DNA from: Narcine bancroftii
Lineage: Eukaryota
Direction: 5' to 3'
DNA: 64,000 nt
Assembly: GCF_036971445.1 (NCBI RefSeq)
Contig: NC_091469.1
Coordinates: 249,674,001 to 249,738,000 of the forward strand
Shown here: positions 22,630 through 38,180 of the stretch, piece by piece
Numbering within the stretch: position 1 is the stretch's first letter
Layout of the letters: each line of letters starts with the position of its first letter
Made by a program: the position numbers and the translations under genes
The notes under the pieces: model-generated
Database searches by the model: none
The model's input: the letters and a program-made list of their open reading frames with translations, nothing else
What the model was told of the DNA's origin: nothing

Positions 22630-23195
22630 AGAAAGGGGAAGAGGACAGAGAGGGGTGAGAGGAGGGGAGACAGGGACAGAGAGAGAGAATGCAAGAGAGG
22701 AGAGAGGGGAGGGAGAAAAGGGAAGCTGGAAGGAGAGAGAAAGAGTGAAGGGAGAAGGGGCAAGATGGGGAAGTGAGGAGGAGAGGATGAATGAGGGGGA
22801 GAGAAGGCAGAGGGGTGGAGAGAGGGAAAGAGAAAAGGGGAGAAAGGAGGTGGGAGATAAAGGGATGAGAGAGGATGGGAAGGGGAGAGAGGGCTGACAG
22901 AGAGAGGGACAAAAGGCAGAGAGAGGGATGAGAGGGGGAGAAAGGGGAAGAAAGAGAGGTCAAGAGAGAAGGAGAGGGAGACAAAGAGAGGGGGAGGGGA
23001 GAAAGGGGAAGAGAGGTCAAGAGAGAAGGAGAAGGAATGGGAGGGAGAGGGAGACAGAAGAAAAGAGAGGGGGAGGGGGAGAAAGGGGAAGAAAGAGAGG
23101 CCAAGGGAGAAGGAGAAGGTATGAGAGGGAGAGAGAGACAGAGGTAAAGGGAGGGGGAGAGGGAGAGAAGTAGAGCAAAAGAGAGAGAGAGAGAG
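22630..23195. repeat. Polypurine (GA-rich) low-complexity tract with internal ~60-bp repeats
   Basis: Almost purely A/G; GAGAAAGGGGAAGAAAGAGAGGTCAAGAGAGAAGGAG repeats three times. Confidence 0.9.
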
Positions 23196-23616
23196 CACAA
23201 TAGCTGCAGCAAGGAGAGATGGGAAGACCTGCACTACCACAACTCTGCACCAAGACCATCAGTTTCTGAATCAACCTAAAACAGGATTGGGGAGAGTAGC
23301 TGGGGGGCTGGGATAGAGCAACTATGTGTACCCCTGGGAAACAGGTAAAGGGGAGGGGAGGAACAGACATGAAAATCCATCTCCCTCGTCCCAGTAACAT
23401 GGGCCTGTGACCAGAGAGGGTTGGAAGGTCATTAAAGATAATTGGGCTTCTGCTTGAATCTGGAAAACTTCGTCTCTCAGGATGGGTGAGATATTTGGAA
23501 CCATATCTTGCTAGGGTGCAGGTTTGTGACCTGGGGGACTCCTGGCATGGGGTATGTCCCGAGACTGATCTGCCTGGTTAGGGAAAGCTGCTGACCACTC
23601 TATCCACATCACTCAC

Positions 23617-23883
23617 CTGGCTCCTTGACTTTCAGCTCAAACTTGACCTTGGAGCTGCCTGCGATGATTGCGTAGTTTGTGGCATCCAGGAAGCTGACCT
23701 TATGGATAGTGAGTGAGTGTCTATTCCCCTCGGCTCCAATGGTCCACCGTTCACTAGGGCCCATGACCACTCCCTCTCGCATCCACCTCACCTTGCTCAC
23801 TCCCTGCTCCGTCTCCGCCTGGAAGGTGGCATCACTGCCCAGGTCCACCACCACACTCCGGGGCTTCCTGCTGAACGAGGAGC
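23617..23883 (-). CDS. MYBPC3: MYBPC3 exon 2, cardiac-specific Ig domain C0
   Basis: GSSFSRKPRSVVVDLGSDATFQAETEQ...KVRW...RHSLTI...YAIIAGSSKVKFELKVKEP (human SAFSKKPRS...YAVIAGSSKVKFDLKV); acceptor cccccacag, donor GTGAGT; 267 bp, as human exon 2. Confidence 0.96.
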
Positions 23884-23929
23884 CTGTGGGGGGTGACCAG
23901 GGCTCAGGGTATGGGACCAGGAACCAACA

Positions 23930-26900
23930 CCTACACACTGCTCATACCTCCCACACCACACACCCCACCCACACACCCATATACCCCCACCACTCACACC
24001 CTCCCGCACACCCCACCCCCATACATCCCCACAACTTCACACACACCCGCACCCGACAACCCTCATACACCCACCTATCCGCACCCCAACCACCAATAAA
24101 CCCCATATCCGCATCCCACACCCCCATACACCCCACAAATTCACACAAACCCACACCCCACAACCCCCATTTACTCCTAAACCCACACCCCATCCCCCAA
24201 TAACCCACAGACTCGCATCCCATACCCGCATCGGACACCACCACACACCCCCATACCTGCACTCTACACCCCCATACAACCCACAACCTCACATACACCT
24301 GCACCCCACAACCCCATCCCACACACCGTTACATCCCCATACCCACACCCTACACCCCCATACACCCTCACAACCTTACATGCACACATACACCACACCC
24401 CCATACACCCTCAGATCCGAACCCCACCCTCAATAACCCCCATAGCCGCATCCCACACCTCATACACACCCATAACTTCATACATACCCACACCCCACAA
24501 ACCCCATACACCCCTATACACCACCACACCCACACAACCCAACCCACACCCCCATATACCCATACCCATCACCCCCTCCCCCACACCTCACACCCCAACC
24601 CCATACACCCCACAACTTCACACATACCTGGACCACACAACCCCATACCTGTACCCCAAACCCCCATACACCCCCATATCTGCACCCCACACCCCCATAC
24701 CTGCACCCCTTACCCCCATATACCCCCACACCCCAAGCCCCAGCCCCATATACCTCATACACCACCATACAACCCCATACCAGCATCCCACATCCCCATA
24801 TGCTCCCATACCCATACCTCACATCCCACAACCCACCCTCATACACCCTCACAACCTCATACACACCCTTACCCCCTATACACCCCCATACCCACATTTC
24901 ACATCCCTATACACCACTATACACCACCATACCAGCACCCCACACCCCCATATGCCCCCATACCCTACACCCCACACCCCACCCCATACACCCTCACAAC
25001 CTCACACACACCCACACCCCACGCCCCCAATAACCCCCAGACCCACATCGCATACCCCCATACACTCCCATACCCGCATCTCACACCACCATACTCCCTC
25101 ATACCTGCACTCTACGCCCCCATACACCCCACAACCTCACATACATCTGTACCCCACAACCCCATCCCACCCCATACAACTCCATACCCGCACTCTACAC
25201 CCCCACAAACTTACATACACCCATACCACACCCCCATTCACCCCCAGACCAGAATCCCACCCCCAATAACCCCCATAGCTGCATCCCACACCCGATACAC
25301 ATCCACAACTTCATACATACTCACACCCCATAAACCCCATACTCTCCTATACACCACCACACCCCCATACACCCCCACAATCCAACCCACACCCCCATAT
25401 ACCCATATCCCTCACACCCTCCCTCACACCTCACACCCCAACCCCATACACCCCCACAACACACATACCTGGACCCCACAACCCCATACCTGTACCCCAC
25501 ACCCCCATACACCCCCATACCCACATCACACACCCCCATACATTCCCATACTCACATTCCACACCCCCATACCCCCATACACCCCCATATCTGCACCCCT
25601 CACCCCCATACCTGCACCCCTTACCCTATATACCCCCTCACCCCAAACCCTGGCTCCATATACACATACCCCTCACACCCTCCCCAACACCCTCACACCC
25701 CAACCCCATACACCCCCACAACTTCACACATACCGGCACACCACAACCCCATACCTGTACCCCACACCCCCATACACCCACATACTTACATCCCACACCC
25801 CCATACCTGCATTCCATAACCCTATACATGCACATAGTCACATCCCATATGCCATACACCCCCATACCCGCATTCCACACCCCATATACCCCCATACCAG
25901 CACTCAACATCCCACACCCCCATACATCCCCACACCCACATCCCACATCCTCATACACCACCATACACCCCATACCAGCCCCCCACATCCCCATATGCTC
26001 CCATACCCATACCTCACATCCCACACCCCACCCCCATACACCATCACAACCTCATACACAGCCTCACCCCCATATACCCCCATACACCCTCATACCCACA
26101 TCCCACATCCCTATACACGACTATACACCCCAATACCAGCAGCCCACACACCCATATGCCCCCATACCCCACACCCCACCCCATACACTCTCACAACCTC
26201 ACACACCCCCACACCCCACACCCCCACACACCCCCATACCCTCACCCCACACCCCCATACACCCAAATACATCACACCTGCACTCCACACCCCCATACAC
26301 CCCCATACAACATCATACCCGCAACTCACACCCCCATTGACCCACATACCAGCACCCACACCCCCATATGTCCTCATATCCAAACCCACTCATATCCCCA
26401 CCCATATACACCCTCACAACCTCACACACACCTGCACCCCACACCCCCATGCAACCCATACCAGCACCCCACACCCCCATACACCCATATACAACAGCAC
26501 CACCGCACCCCCATATGCCCCATAAAACATACCTGCACCTCACACCACACTGCACACTCACACCACCCAAACCCTCCCACACTCCCTACTATCCCACTCT
26601 CACACACCCCCCACACCCCTTTCTCCCATACACCCACCCCCCCGCCACAAACACACACGCACACAGATACACAGCTCAACGCACACGGACATGACACACA
26701 GTTTACCCAAAGCTCATACCCACCCCAAAGCAAACAAAGACAGTCGCCTCCTCATGAAACACAAGCACACACCTGCCCACTCACACACAGACACAAACCT
26801 CCTCCTCATACACACCCCCACACATTCACCCAAATGTGCACATTCACATAGATACAGACACCAACACACAAACACAACCCTTCCTCATACACACCCCAAC

Positions 26901-27019
26901 CCACTACACCCAAAAACACATCCAAACACATACCCTCACACACAGGCACACCCATACCCCCCACACATACACAAGCCCCTACCTCCCCTCACAGACTCTC
27001 ACACATCCCTACCCCCCCC

Positions 27020-27057
<38 letters not shown>

Positions 27058-28315
27058 AATACACACATATCCTCACACACATGCGCACCCCTACTCTCAG
27101 ACTCATAGACACCCCCTACCCCCCCCACACACACACATATACACAGACAAATACACATATAACCTGACACACACACACACCCCTCCCCTCACAGACTCAC
27201 ACACCCCTACCCACCCACACACACAAATAGACATATACCCTCACACAGACGCGCAACCCTAACTTCACAGACTCACACACACCCCTACCCCTCACACACA
27301 CACACACAAATGCACACATACCCTCACACACACGCACACCCCTACCCTCACAGACTCACACACATCCTTACCACCCACACACACACACATACACACATAC
27401 ACTCACACACACGCGCACCCCGATCCTCACAGACTCACACATCCCCATACCCCCCACACACACACAAAAACATACATGCCCTCACGAACACATGCACCCC
27501 TACCATCACAGACTCACACGCAACCCCTAGCCCCCCCACACACACACACACAAATACACATATACCCTGACACACACGCATACACCTCCCCTCAGACTCG
27601 CACATCCCCATACCCCCACACACACACAAATAGACATATACCCTCACACAGATGCACACCCCTAACCTCAGTCTCACACACCCCTACCCCCTCACACACA
27701 CACAAATACACACATACCCTCACACACACGCACACCCCTACCCTCATAGACTCACACACACCCCTACCCCCCACACACACAAATACACACATACCCTCAC
27801 ACACACACACCCCTACCCTCACAGACTCACACAAATCCTTACCACCCACACACACCAATACACACATACACTCACACACAAGCACAACCCGACCCACACA
27901 GACTCACAGACATCCCATACCACCACCCCACACACACACACACATAAATACACACATACCCTCACGGGCTCACACACACACCCTACCCATCTCACACACA
28001 CACAAATAAACACATACCCTCACACACAGGTGCACCCCTCCCCTCACAGACTCACACACAACCCCCTACCCTCCACCACACACACACAAATACACACATA
28101 CACTCACACACACGCATATTCATACCATACAGACTCTCTCTCACACACAGACACACACACGCACACATATCCTCACAAATGCACACATACCCTCACACAC
28201 ATGCAGACCCCTTCCCTCACAGACTCACACACACCCCTACCTACCCCCCACACACACAAACCCTCACACACATGTACACCCCTACCACACAGACAGTCTC
28301 TCTCTCACCCCCCCC

Positions 28316-28361
<46 letters not shown>
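23930..28361. repeat. C/A-rich low-complexity array filling MYBPC3 intron 1
   Basis: CACCCCCATAC-type motifs, then CACACA/CCCTA motifs, ending in a pure (AC)n next to the exon 1 donor. Confidence 0.95.
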
Positions 28362-28364
<3 letters not shown>

Positions 28365-28371
28365 GCCTCAC

Positions 28372-28396
28372 CTGATTTCTTCCCAGGTTCAGGCAT
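28372..28396 (-). CDS. MYBPC3: MYBPC3 exon 1 coding part (MPEPGKKS-G)
   Basis: ATGCCTGAACCTGGGAAGAAATCAG|GTGAGG; 25 coding nt, phase 1, as human MPEPGKKP-V. Confidence 0.93.
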
Positions 28397-28539
28397 CCTG
28401 TGCTTGTTGGTGTCCAGGTGTCCTGGCTTCTGGTGTCTGATGTGGAATGTCCTGTGTCCAAGTTGCCAGACTCTGGTGTCCAACAACTCGATGTCCCTAT
28501 GACCACCGTCTCTCCCTCCTTTGACACGCTCCCCACACA

Positions 28540-28720
28540 ATAACCTTGAGGATCTGACTTGCGAACATTTAAAGTCCAGACTGACAGACGTCACCATAAA
28601 TCAGCAAACCAGAGATAACCAGGCAGAAAGGACTGAGAAAGAGAGACAGAAATAATCACAGAGACAGATGGGGTGAGATGCCCGTAGATGTCGGGACAGT
28701 TCAGTGACAGATAGACATGC
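28540..28720 (-). promoter_or_regulatory. Putative MYBPC3 proximal promoter
   Basis: Unique sequence upstream of the ATG: TTTAAA 28568-28573, TGACAG 28582 and 28705, CRE-like TGACGTC ~28587-28593, GATA sites AGATAA 28613-28618 and AGATAG 28709-28714. Confidence 0.5.
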
Positions 28721-29439
28721 AGCAACAGAGAAGAAAGAGCCAGCCAAGCAGAGGGAATCTTTCAGCACAGGGACTACCTGACTTCTGGCCTTGTCCTTTC
28801 ATGGACTTCTCCGGATACTTCTTCAGTGTTGCAGGAGGAGTCGTCACCAAGCTTTCAGGCAGAATATTCCAAATATCAACCACCCTCCTACTGGAAAATT
28901 TATTTCTCAGATCCCCTTAAAACCTTTTACTCCCTGCCTATACCTTCTAGACTATGACCACCCACCCCCATCCCCAACCCAGTTCTGTAGACCTCTAACG
29001 TGAAATGCTGGGGATCTGGGGACTGTTGTAGAGCAGAGGGATCAGGAACTGCAGGCACATCCTACTTTGAAACTGATGATACAGGCAGAGAGGGTGGTCA
29101 AACATGCCTTCGACACAGTGGTCTTCAACAGTCAAAGTGTTGGGTGCAGACGTTGGGAGGACAGGTTACGTTTTTAAAAGATGTTGATGAGGCCCCATTT
29201 GGAGAATTGTGGAGTAAAACACGAAATTCTGCAGACACTGCGGTTGAAGGAAAAGCTCTATGCCAGAGAAACTTAGCAGGCCCTACATATAGTGAAGATA
29301 CAATTACAGAACCTAAGTCCTTCGTCAAGGTATGAGAAAAATGTGGGACAGGTGCCTGAATACAATGTTGGGGGGAAGTGGGGGGAGGAGATCAGCCCCA
29401 CGGGGCAGGAAGTAAAACTGTAGTTCCAGACTCGGGACC

Positions 29440-30180
29440 TTTTCATTTTCAACTGGAGCCGAGAAACCAACTGTCTCAACTTCATCCCTTGCCCCTCGTA
29501 TTCTAATCATTCTCCCTCTGAACACTTCAATCTCTCTACAACAATCCCACCTCACCATCAAAACCGCAGAGTGTTGTGGTCTGGCGCACTGACCCCTACC
29601 TTGCCGAGGCCAGACGGCAGCTTAGTCACCCTCTCCTACCTACCCCTTACACTAGAACCCACCATAGCACATCTCCAAACTCATTACTTCTGGCCACCTC
29701 CCTCCCACAGCCACCAACCACATTGTCCCCCATTCCCACATGCTTGTTTTAACTTTCTACCCAGGATACACACACCCAACCATCCGGGTAGACCCATTGT
29801 TTCCTCTTCCTCTTGCCCCAGCAAACTATTTCACTTTGACTAGATTTCTTCTCCCCGGTCCAATCCTTCCCCACCTACATCCACTATACCTTATACGTTC
29901 TCCATCTCTTCAATGACTCTTCCAGGCCAGATCTTCCACACTGTCTGCCTCCTTCCACAAACATGGCTTCCCCTCCACAACTCAGCCCTCACCCGCATCT
30001 CCTCCATTTCCCGCTCACCTGTCCTGGTCCCCTCTTCCCCCAGACACAACAAACACAGGATTCCCCTTCTCCTCAACTACAGACCCAACAGCCTCCATAT
30101 CCAACACATTCTCCTCCAGAATCTCCAGGAACATACAACAGGATCCCACTACGGACAAGTCATTCCCTCTCTTCCCCTCC
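29440..30180 (+). mobile_element. Degenerate Penelope-like element
   Basis: FLPRIHTPNHPGRPIVSSSSCP (Penelope RT LPKIHK...GRPIVS) and RIPLLLNYRP...IQHILL. Confidence 0.7.
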
Positions 30181-30184
30181 AAAA

Positions 30185-33100
30185 TCCAACACAGATACAG
30201 ATGCCAGACACAGACGCCAACACCCAATCCACACACAGACAACACCAACCCCAGACACCACCAAACATCCCAGAGACAGACGCCAACATCAATCTCAGAC
30301 TGAGACACCAACACTCACACCAGATACAGACACCAACACCCACCCCAGACACAGAAGCTAACACCCACCACAGACACAGACATCAACACCCACCCCAGAC
30401 ACAGATGCCAACACCCACCCCAGACACAGACAGCAACTCCCACCTAGACACAAATGCCAACACCCACCCGAGAGACAGACGCCAACACCCACAACAGACA
30501 CAGACGCCAAAACCCACCCAGACACAGACACTAACACCCACTCCAGACAGACACCAACATCCATCAAAGACACAGACACCAACACCCACCCGAGACACAG
30601 ACACCAATACCCACCCAAGACACACATGCCAACACCCACCCCAGACACAGATACCAACACCAACCCCAGACACAGACGGCAACACCCACCCCAGACACAG
30701 ACGCCAACACCCAATCCACACACAGACACCAACACCCAACACAGACACAGACAACACCAACCCCAGACACCACCAAACATCCCAGAGACAGACGCCAACA
30801 TCAATCTCAGACTGAGACACCAACACTCACACCAGACACAGACACCAACACCCACCCCAGACACAGAAGCTAACATCCACCACAGACACAGACATCAACA
30901 CTAACCCCAGACACAGATGCCAACACCCACCCCAGACACAGACAGCAAATCCCACCTAGACACAAATGCCAACACCCACCCGAGAGACAGACGCCAACAC
31001 CCACAACAGACACAGACGCCAAAACCCACCCAGACACAGACACTAACACCCACTCCAGACAGACACCAACATCCATCAAAGACACAGACACCAACACCCA
31101 CCCGAGACACAGACACCAATACCCACCCAAGACACACATGCCAACACCCACCACAGACACAGATACCAACACCAACCCCAGACACAGATGCCAACACCCA
31201 CCCAGACACAAATGCCAACACCCACCCAAAAGACAGACGCCAACACACACAACAGACACAGACGCCAACACCCATCCAAGACATAGACACCAACAGCCAC
31301 ACCAGACACAGACACCAACACCCACCCCAGACACAGACACCAATACCCACCCAAGACACAGACGTCAAAACTCACACCGAACACAGATACCAACACCCAC
31401 GCAAGACACAGACGCCAACACCCAGCCCAGATACAGATACCAACAACCACCTGAGAGACAGACGCCAACGCCCACAAAAGACACAGATGCCAACAACCAC
31501 TCCAGACACAGACACCAACATCCACCAAAGACACAGACACCAACACCCACCCAAGAGGCAGACACCAACACCTACACGAGACACAGACACCAACACCCAC
31601 CCCAGACACAGACGCCAACACCCACCCGACACAGACACCAACAACCACCCAAGACACAGATAACAACACCCACCTGAGACACAGACGGCAACATCCACCA
31701 CAGACAGAATACCAACAACCACCCGAGACACAGACATCAGCACCCACGCCACACACAGACACCATCATCCACCCAAGACACAGACACCAACACCCATCCC
31801 AGACACAGATACCAACACACACCTGAGACACAGACTTCAACACACACCCCAGACACAGATGTGAACACTCACCCAAGACAAAAATGCAAACACCCACCCG
31901 AGACACAGACGCCAACACCCACCCCAGTCACAGATACCAACACCAACCCCAGACACAGATGCCAACATCCACCCAGACACAAATGCCAACACCCACCCAA
32001 AAGACAGACGCCAACACACACAACAGACACAGACGCAAACACCCATCCAAGACATAGACACCAAGAGCCACACCAGACACAGACACCAACACCCACCCCA
32101 GACACAGACACCAACACCCACCCAAGACACAGACGTCAACACCCAGCCCAGATACAGATACCAACAACCACCTGAGAGACAGACGCCAACACCCACAAAA
32201 GACAGAGATGACAACAACCACTCCAGACACAGACACCAACATCCACCAAAGACACAGACACCAACACCCACCCAAGACGCAGACACCAACACATACCCGA
32301 GACACAGACACCAACACCCAACCCATACACAGACGCCAACACCCACCCGACACAGACACCAACAACCACCCAAGACACAGATAACAACACCCACCTGAGA
32401 CACAGACGGCAACACCCACCCCAGACAGAATACCAACAACCACCCGAGACACAGACATCAACACCCACGCCAGACACAGACACCATCATCCACCCAAGAC
32501 ACAGACACCAACACCCACCCCAGACACAGATACCAACACACACCTGAGACACAGACGTCAACACACACCCCAGACACAGATGTGAACACTCACCCCAGAC
32601 AAAAATGCAAACACCCACCCGAGACACAGACGCCAACACCCACCCCAGACACAGACACCAACACCCACCCAAGACACAGACGTCAACACCCACCCCGGAC
32701 ACAGATACCAACACCTACCTGAGACACTGACGCCAACACCCACCCCAGACACAGACACCAACACCCACCTGAGAGACAGATGCTAACACCCACAACAGAC
32801 ACAGATGCCAACACACACTCCAGACACACACACCAACATCCACCAAAGACACAGACACCAACACCCACCCAAGACACAGACACCAACACCCACCCCAGAC
32901 ACAGATACCAACACCAACCCCAGACACAGATGCCAACACCAACCCAGACACAAATGCCTACACCCACACAAAAGACAGACGCCAACACACACAACAGACA
33001 CAGACGGCAACACCCATCCAAGACATAGACACCAACAACCGCACCAGACACAGACACCAACACCCACCCCAGACACAGACACCAACACCCAACCAAGACA

Positions 33101-36100
33101 CAGACGTCAACACCCACACCGAACACAGATACCAACACCGACCCAAGACACAGATGCCAACACCCAGCCCAGATACAGATACCAACAACCACCTGAGAGA
33201 CAGACGCCAACGCCCACAAAAGACACAGATGCCAACAACCACTCCAGACACAGACACCAACATCCACCAAAGACACAGACGCCAACACCCACGCCAGACA
33301 CAGACACCAACACCCACCCAAGACACAGACGTCAACACCCACACCGGACACAGATACCAACACCCACCCAAGACACAGACGTCATCACCCACCCCGGACA
33401 CAGATACCAACACCCACCTGAGACACAGACGCCAAAACCCACCCCAGACACAGACACAAACACCCACCTGAGAGACAGATGCTAACACCCACAACAGACA
33501 CAGATGCCAACACCCACTCCAGACTCAGACACCAACATCCACCAAAGACACAGACACCAACACCCACCCAAGACACAGACACCAACACCCTCCCCAGACA
33601 CAGATACCAACACCAACCCCAGACACAGATGCCAACACCAACCCAGACACAAATGCCTACACCCACACAAAAGACAGACGCCAACACACACAACAGACAT
33701 AGACGGCAACACCCATCCAAGACATAGACACCAACTACCGCACCAGACACAGACACCAACACCCACCCCAGACACAGACACCAACACCCAACCAAGACAC
33801 AGACGTCAACACCCACACCGAACACAGATACCAACACCGACCCAAGACACAGATGCCAACACCCAGCCCAGATACAGATACCAACAACCACCTGAGAGAC
33901 AGACGCCAACACCCACAAAAGACACAGATGCCAACAACCACTCCAGACACAGACACCAACATCCACCAAAGACACAGACACCAACACCCACCCAAGACGC
34001 AGACACCAACACCTACCCAAGACACAGACACCAAAACCCACCCCAGACACAGACGCCAACACCCACCCGACACAGATACCAACAACCACACAAGACACAG
34101 ATAACAACACCCACCTGAGACACAGACGGCAACACCCTCCCCAGACACAGATACCAACACCAACCCCAGACACAGATGCCAACACCAACCCAGACACAAA
34201 TGCCTACACCCACACAAAAGACAGACGCCAACACACACAACAGACATAGACGGCAACACCCATCCAAGACATAGACACCAACAACCGCACCAGACACAGA
34301 CACCAACACCCACCCCAGACACAGACACCAACACCCAACCAAGACACAGACGTCAACACCCACACCGAACACAGATACCAACACCGACCCAAGACACAGA
34401 TGCCAACACCCAGCCCAGATACAGATACCAACAACCACCTGAGAGACAGACGCCAACACCCACAAAAGACACAGATGCTAACAACCACTCCAGACACAGA
34501 CACCAACATCCACCAAAGACACAGACACCAACACCCACCCAAGACGCAGACACCAACACCTACCCAAGACACAGACACCAAAACCCACCCCAGACACAGA
34601 CGCCAACACCCACCCGACACAGATACCAACAACCACACAAGACACAGATAACAACACCCACCTGAGACACAGACGGCAACACCCACCCCAGACACAGACA
34701 CCAACACCCACCTGAGAGACAGATGCTAACACCCACAACAGACACATATGCCAACATCCACTCCAGACTCAGACACCAACATCCACCAAAGACACAGACA
34801 CCAACACCCACCCAAGACACAGACACCAACACCCACCCCAGACACAGATACCAACACCAACCCCAGACACAGATGCCAACACCCACCCAGACACAAATGC
34901 CAACACCCACCCAAAAGACAGACGCCAACACACACAACAGACACAGACACCAGCACCCACCCCAGACACAGACACCAACACCCACCCAAGACACAGACTT
35001 CAACACCCACACCGAACACAGATACCAACACCCACCCAAGACACAGACGCCAACACCCAGCCCAGATACAGATACCAACAACCACCTGAGAGACAGACGC
35101 CAACACCCACAAAAGACACAGATGTCAACAACCACTCCAGACACAGACACCAACATCCACCAAAGACACAGACACCAACACCCACCCAAGACGCAAACAC
35201 CAACACCTACCCGAGACACAGACACCAACACCCACCCCAGACACAGACGCCAACACCCACCCGACACAGACACCAACAACCACCCAAGACACAGATGCCA
35301 ACACCCACCCAGACACAAATGCCAACACCCACCCCAGACACAGACACCAACACCCACCTGAGAGACAGACGCCAACACCCACCCAGACATAGACACCAAC
35401 AACCACCTGAGAGACAGACGCCAACACCCACAAAAGACACAGATGTCAACAACCACTCCAGACACAGACACCAACATCCACCAAAGACACAGACACCAAC
35501 ACCCACCACAGACGCAGACACCAACACCTACCCAAGACACAGACACCAACACCCACCCCAGACACAGATGCCAACACCCACCCGACACAGACACCAACAA
35601 CCACAAAAGACACAGATGCCAACACCCACCCAGACACAAATGCCAACACCCACCCCAGACACAGACACCAACACCCAACTGAGAGACAGACGCCAACACC
35701 CACCCCAGACATAATACCAACAACCACCCGAGACACAGACATCAACACCCACCTGAGACACAGACGTCAACACACACCCCAGACACAGATGTGAACACTC
35801 ACCCCAGACAAAAATGCAAACACCCACCCGAGACATAGACGCCAACACCCACCCCAGACACAGACACCAACACCCACCCAAGTCACAGACGTCAACACCC
35901 ACACCGGACACAGATACCAACACCCACCCAAGACACAGACGTCAACACCCACCCCGGACACAGATACCAACATCCACCAAAGACACAGACACCAAAACCC
36001 ACCCAAGACGCAAACACCAACACCTACCCGAGACACAGACACCAACACCCACCCGACACAGACACCAACAACCACCCAAGACACAGATGCCAACACCCAC

Positions 36101-38180
36101 CCAGACACAAATGCCAACACCCAACCCAGACACAGACACCAACACCCACCTGAGAGACAGACGCCAACACCCACCCAGACATAGACACCAACAACCACCT
36201 GAGAGACAGACGCCAACACCCACAAAAGACACAGATGTCAACAACCACTCCAGACACAGACACCAACATCCACCCAAGACGCAGACACCAACACCTACCC
36301 AAGACACAGACACCAACACCCACCCCAGACACAGATGCAAACACCCACCCGACACAGACACCAACAACCACCAAAGACACAGAGGCCAACACCCACCCAG
36401 ACACAAATGCCAACACCCACCCCAGACACAGACACCAACACCCACCTGAGAGACAGACGCCAACACCCACCCAGACATAGACACCAACAGCCACTCCAGA
36501 CACAGACACCAACACCCACCCAAGACACAGACACCAACTCCCACCCGAGTCACAGACACCAACACCCACCCGAGACACAGACGCCAACACCCACCCCAGA
36601 CAGAGACACCAACACCCACCCAAGACACAGATACCAACACCCACCTGAGAGACAGACGGCAAAACCCACCCCAGACACAGACACCAACAACCACCCGAGA
36701 CACAGACACCAGCACCCACCCCAGACACAGACGCCAACACCCACCCCAGACACAGACACCAACACCCACCCCAGACACAGACACCAACAACCACCCAAGA
36801 CACAGATACCAACACCCACCTGAGAGACAGACGCCAACACCTACAAATGACACAGATGCCAACAACCACTCCAGACACAGACACCAACATCCACCAAAGA
36901 CACAGACACCAACACCCACCCAAGACGCAGACACCAGCACCTACCCGAGACACAGACACCAACACCCACGCCAGACACAGACGCCAACACCCACCCCAGA
37001 CACAGGAATCAACACCAACCCCAGACAGAGATGCCAAAACCCTCTCCAGACACAGTACCAACAACCACCCGAGTCACAGACTCCAACACCCACCCCAGAC
37101 ACAGACACCAACAACCACCCAAGACACAGATACCAACACCCACCTGAGACACAGACGTCAACACACACCCCAGACAAAGATGTGAACATTCACCCCAGAC
37201 AAAAATGCAAACACCCACCCGAGACACAGACGCCAACACCCACCCCAGACACAGACACCAATACCCACCCAAGACACAGACGTCAACACCCACACCGGAC
37301 ACAGATACCAACACCCACCCAAGACATAGACGTCAACATCCACCCCGGACACAGATACCAACACCCACCTGAGACACAGACGCCAACACCGACCCCAGAC
37401 ACAGACACAAACACCCACCTGAGAGACAGACGCCAACACCCACAACAGACACAGATGCCAACACCCACTCCAGACACAGACGCCAACACCCACCCCAGAC
37501 ACAGACACCAAATCCCACCCCAGACAGAGACACCAACACCCACCCCAGACAGAGACGCCAACACCCACCCAAGATACAGATGCCAACACCCACCCCTGAC
37601 ACAGACATCAACACCCACAGCAGACACAGATGTGAATACCCACCCCAGATACAAATGCCAACTCCCACCTGAGACACAGACACCAACACCCACCCCAGAC
37701 ACAGACACCAAAGCCCACCACAAACACAGACACCAACACCCACCCAAGACACAGACGCCAACACCCACCCCTGACACAGACATCAACACCCACACCAGAC
37801 ACAGATGTGAACACCCACCCCAGACACAAATGCCAACACCCACCTGAGACACAGACACCAACACCCACCCACCCGAGACCCAGACACCAATACCCATCGC
37901 AGACACAGACACCAACACCCACTCCAGACACAGATACCAACACCCAGCCAAGACACAGACACCAACACCCACCCCAGACACAGATACCAACACCCACCCG
38001 AGACACAGGTGCCAACACCCACCCCAGACACAGGTACCAACACCCACCCCAGAGAGAGATGCCTGCACCCACCCCAGACCCAAAAGCCAACACCCACCTT
38101 AGACACAACACCAATACCCACCCCTGACAGAGACGCCAACACCCACCCCAGACACATACATCAACACCCACACCAGACAC
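30185..38180. repeat. 8-kb satellite, ~26-bp unit CAGACACAGACACCAACACCCACCC with higher-order duplications
   Basis: About 300 degenerate units; blocks of about 0.5-0.7 kb recur. Confidence 0.97.

Noticed and set aside
22580-23240. Ser/Leu/Pro-rich and Arg/Glu/Gly-rich ORFs
   Set aside because: Translations of the GA-rich tract.
462-28396. Skeletal paralogues MYBPC1/MYBPC2
   Set aside because: A C0 Ig domain exon and the MPEPGKK start are specific to the cardiac isoform.
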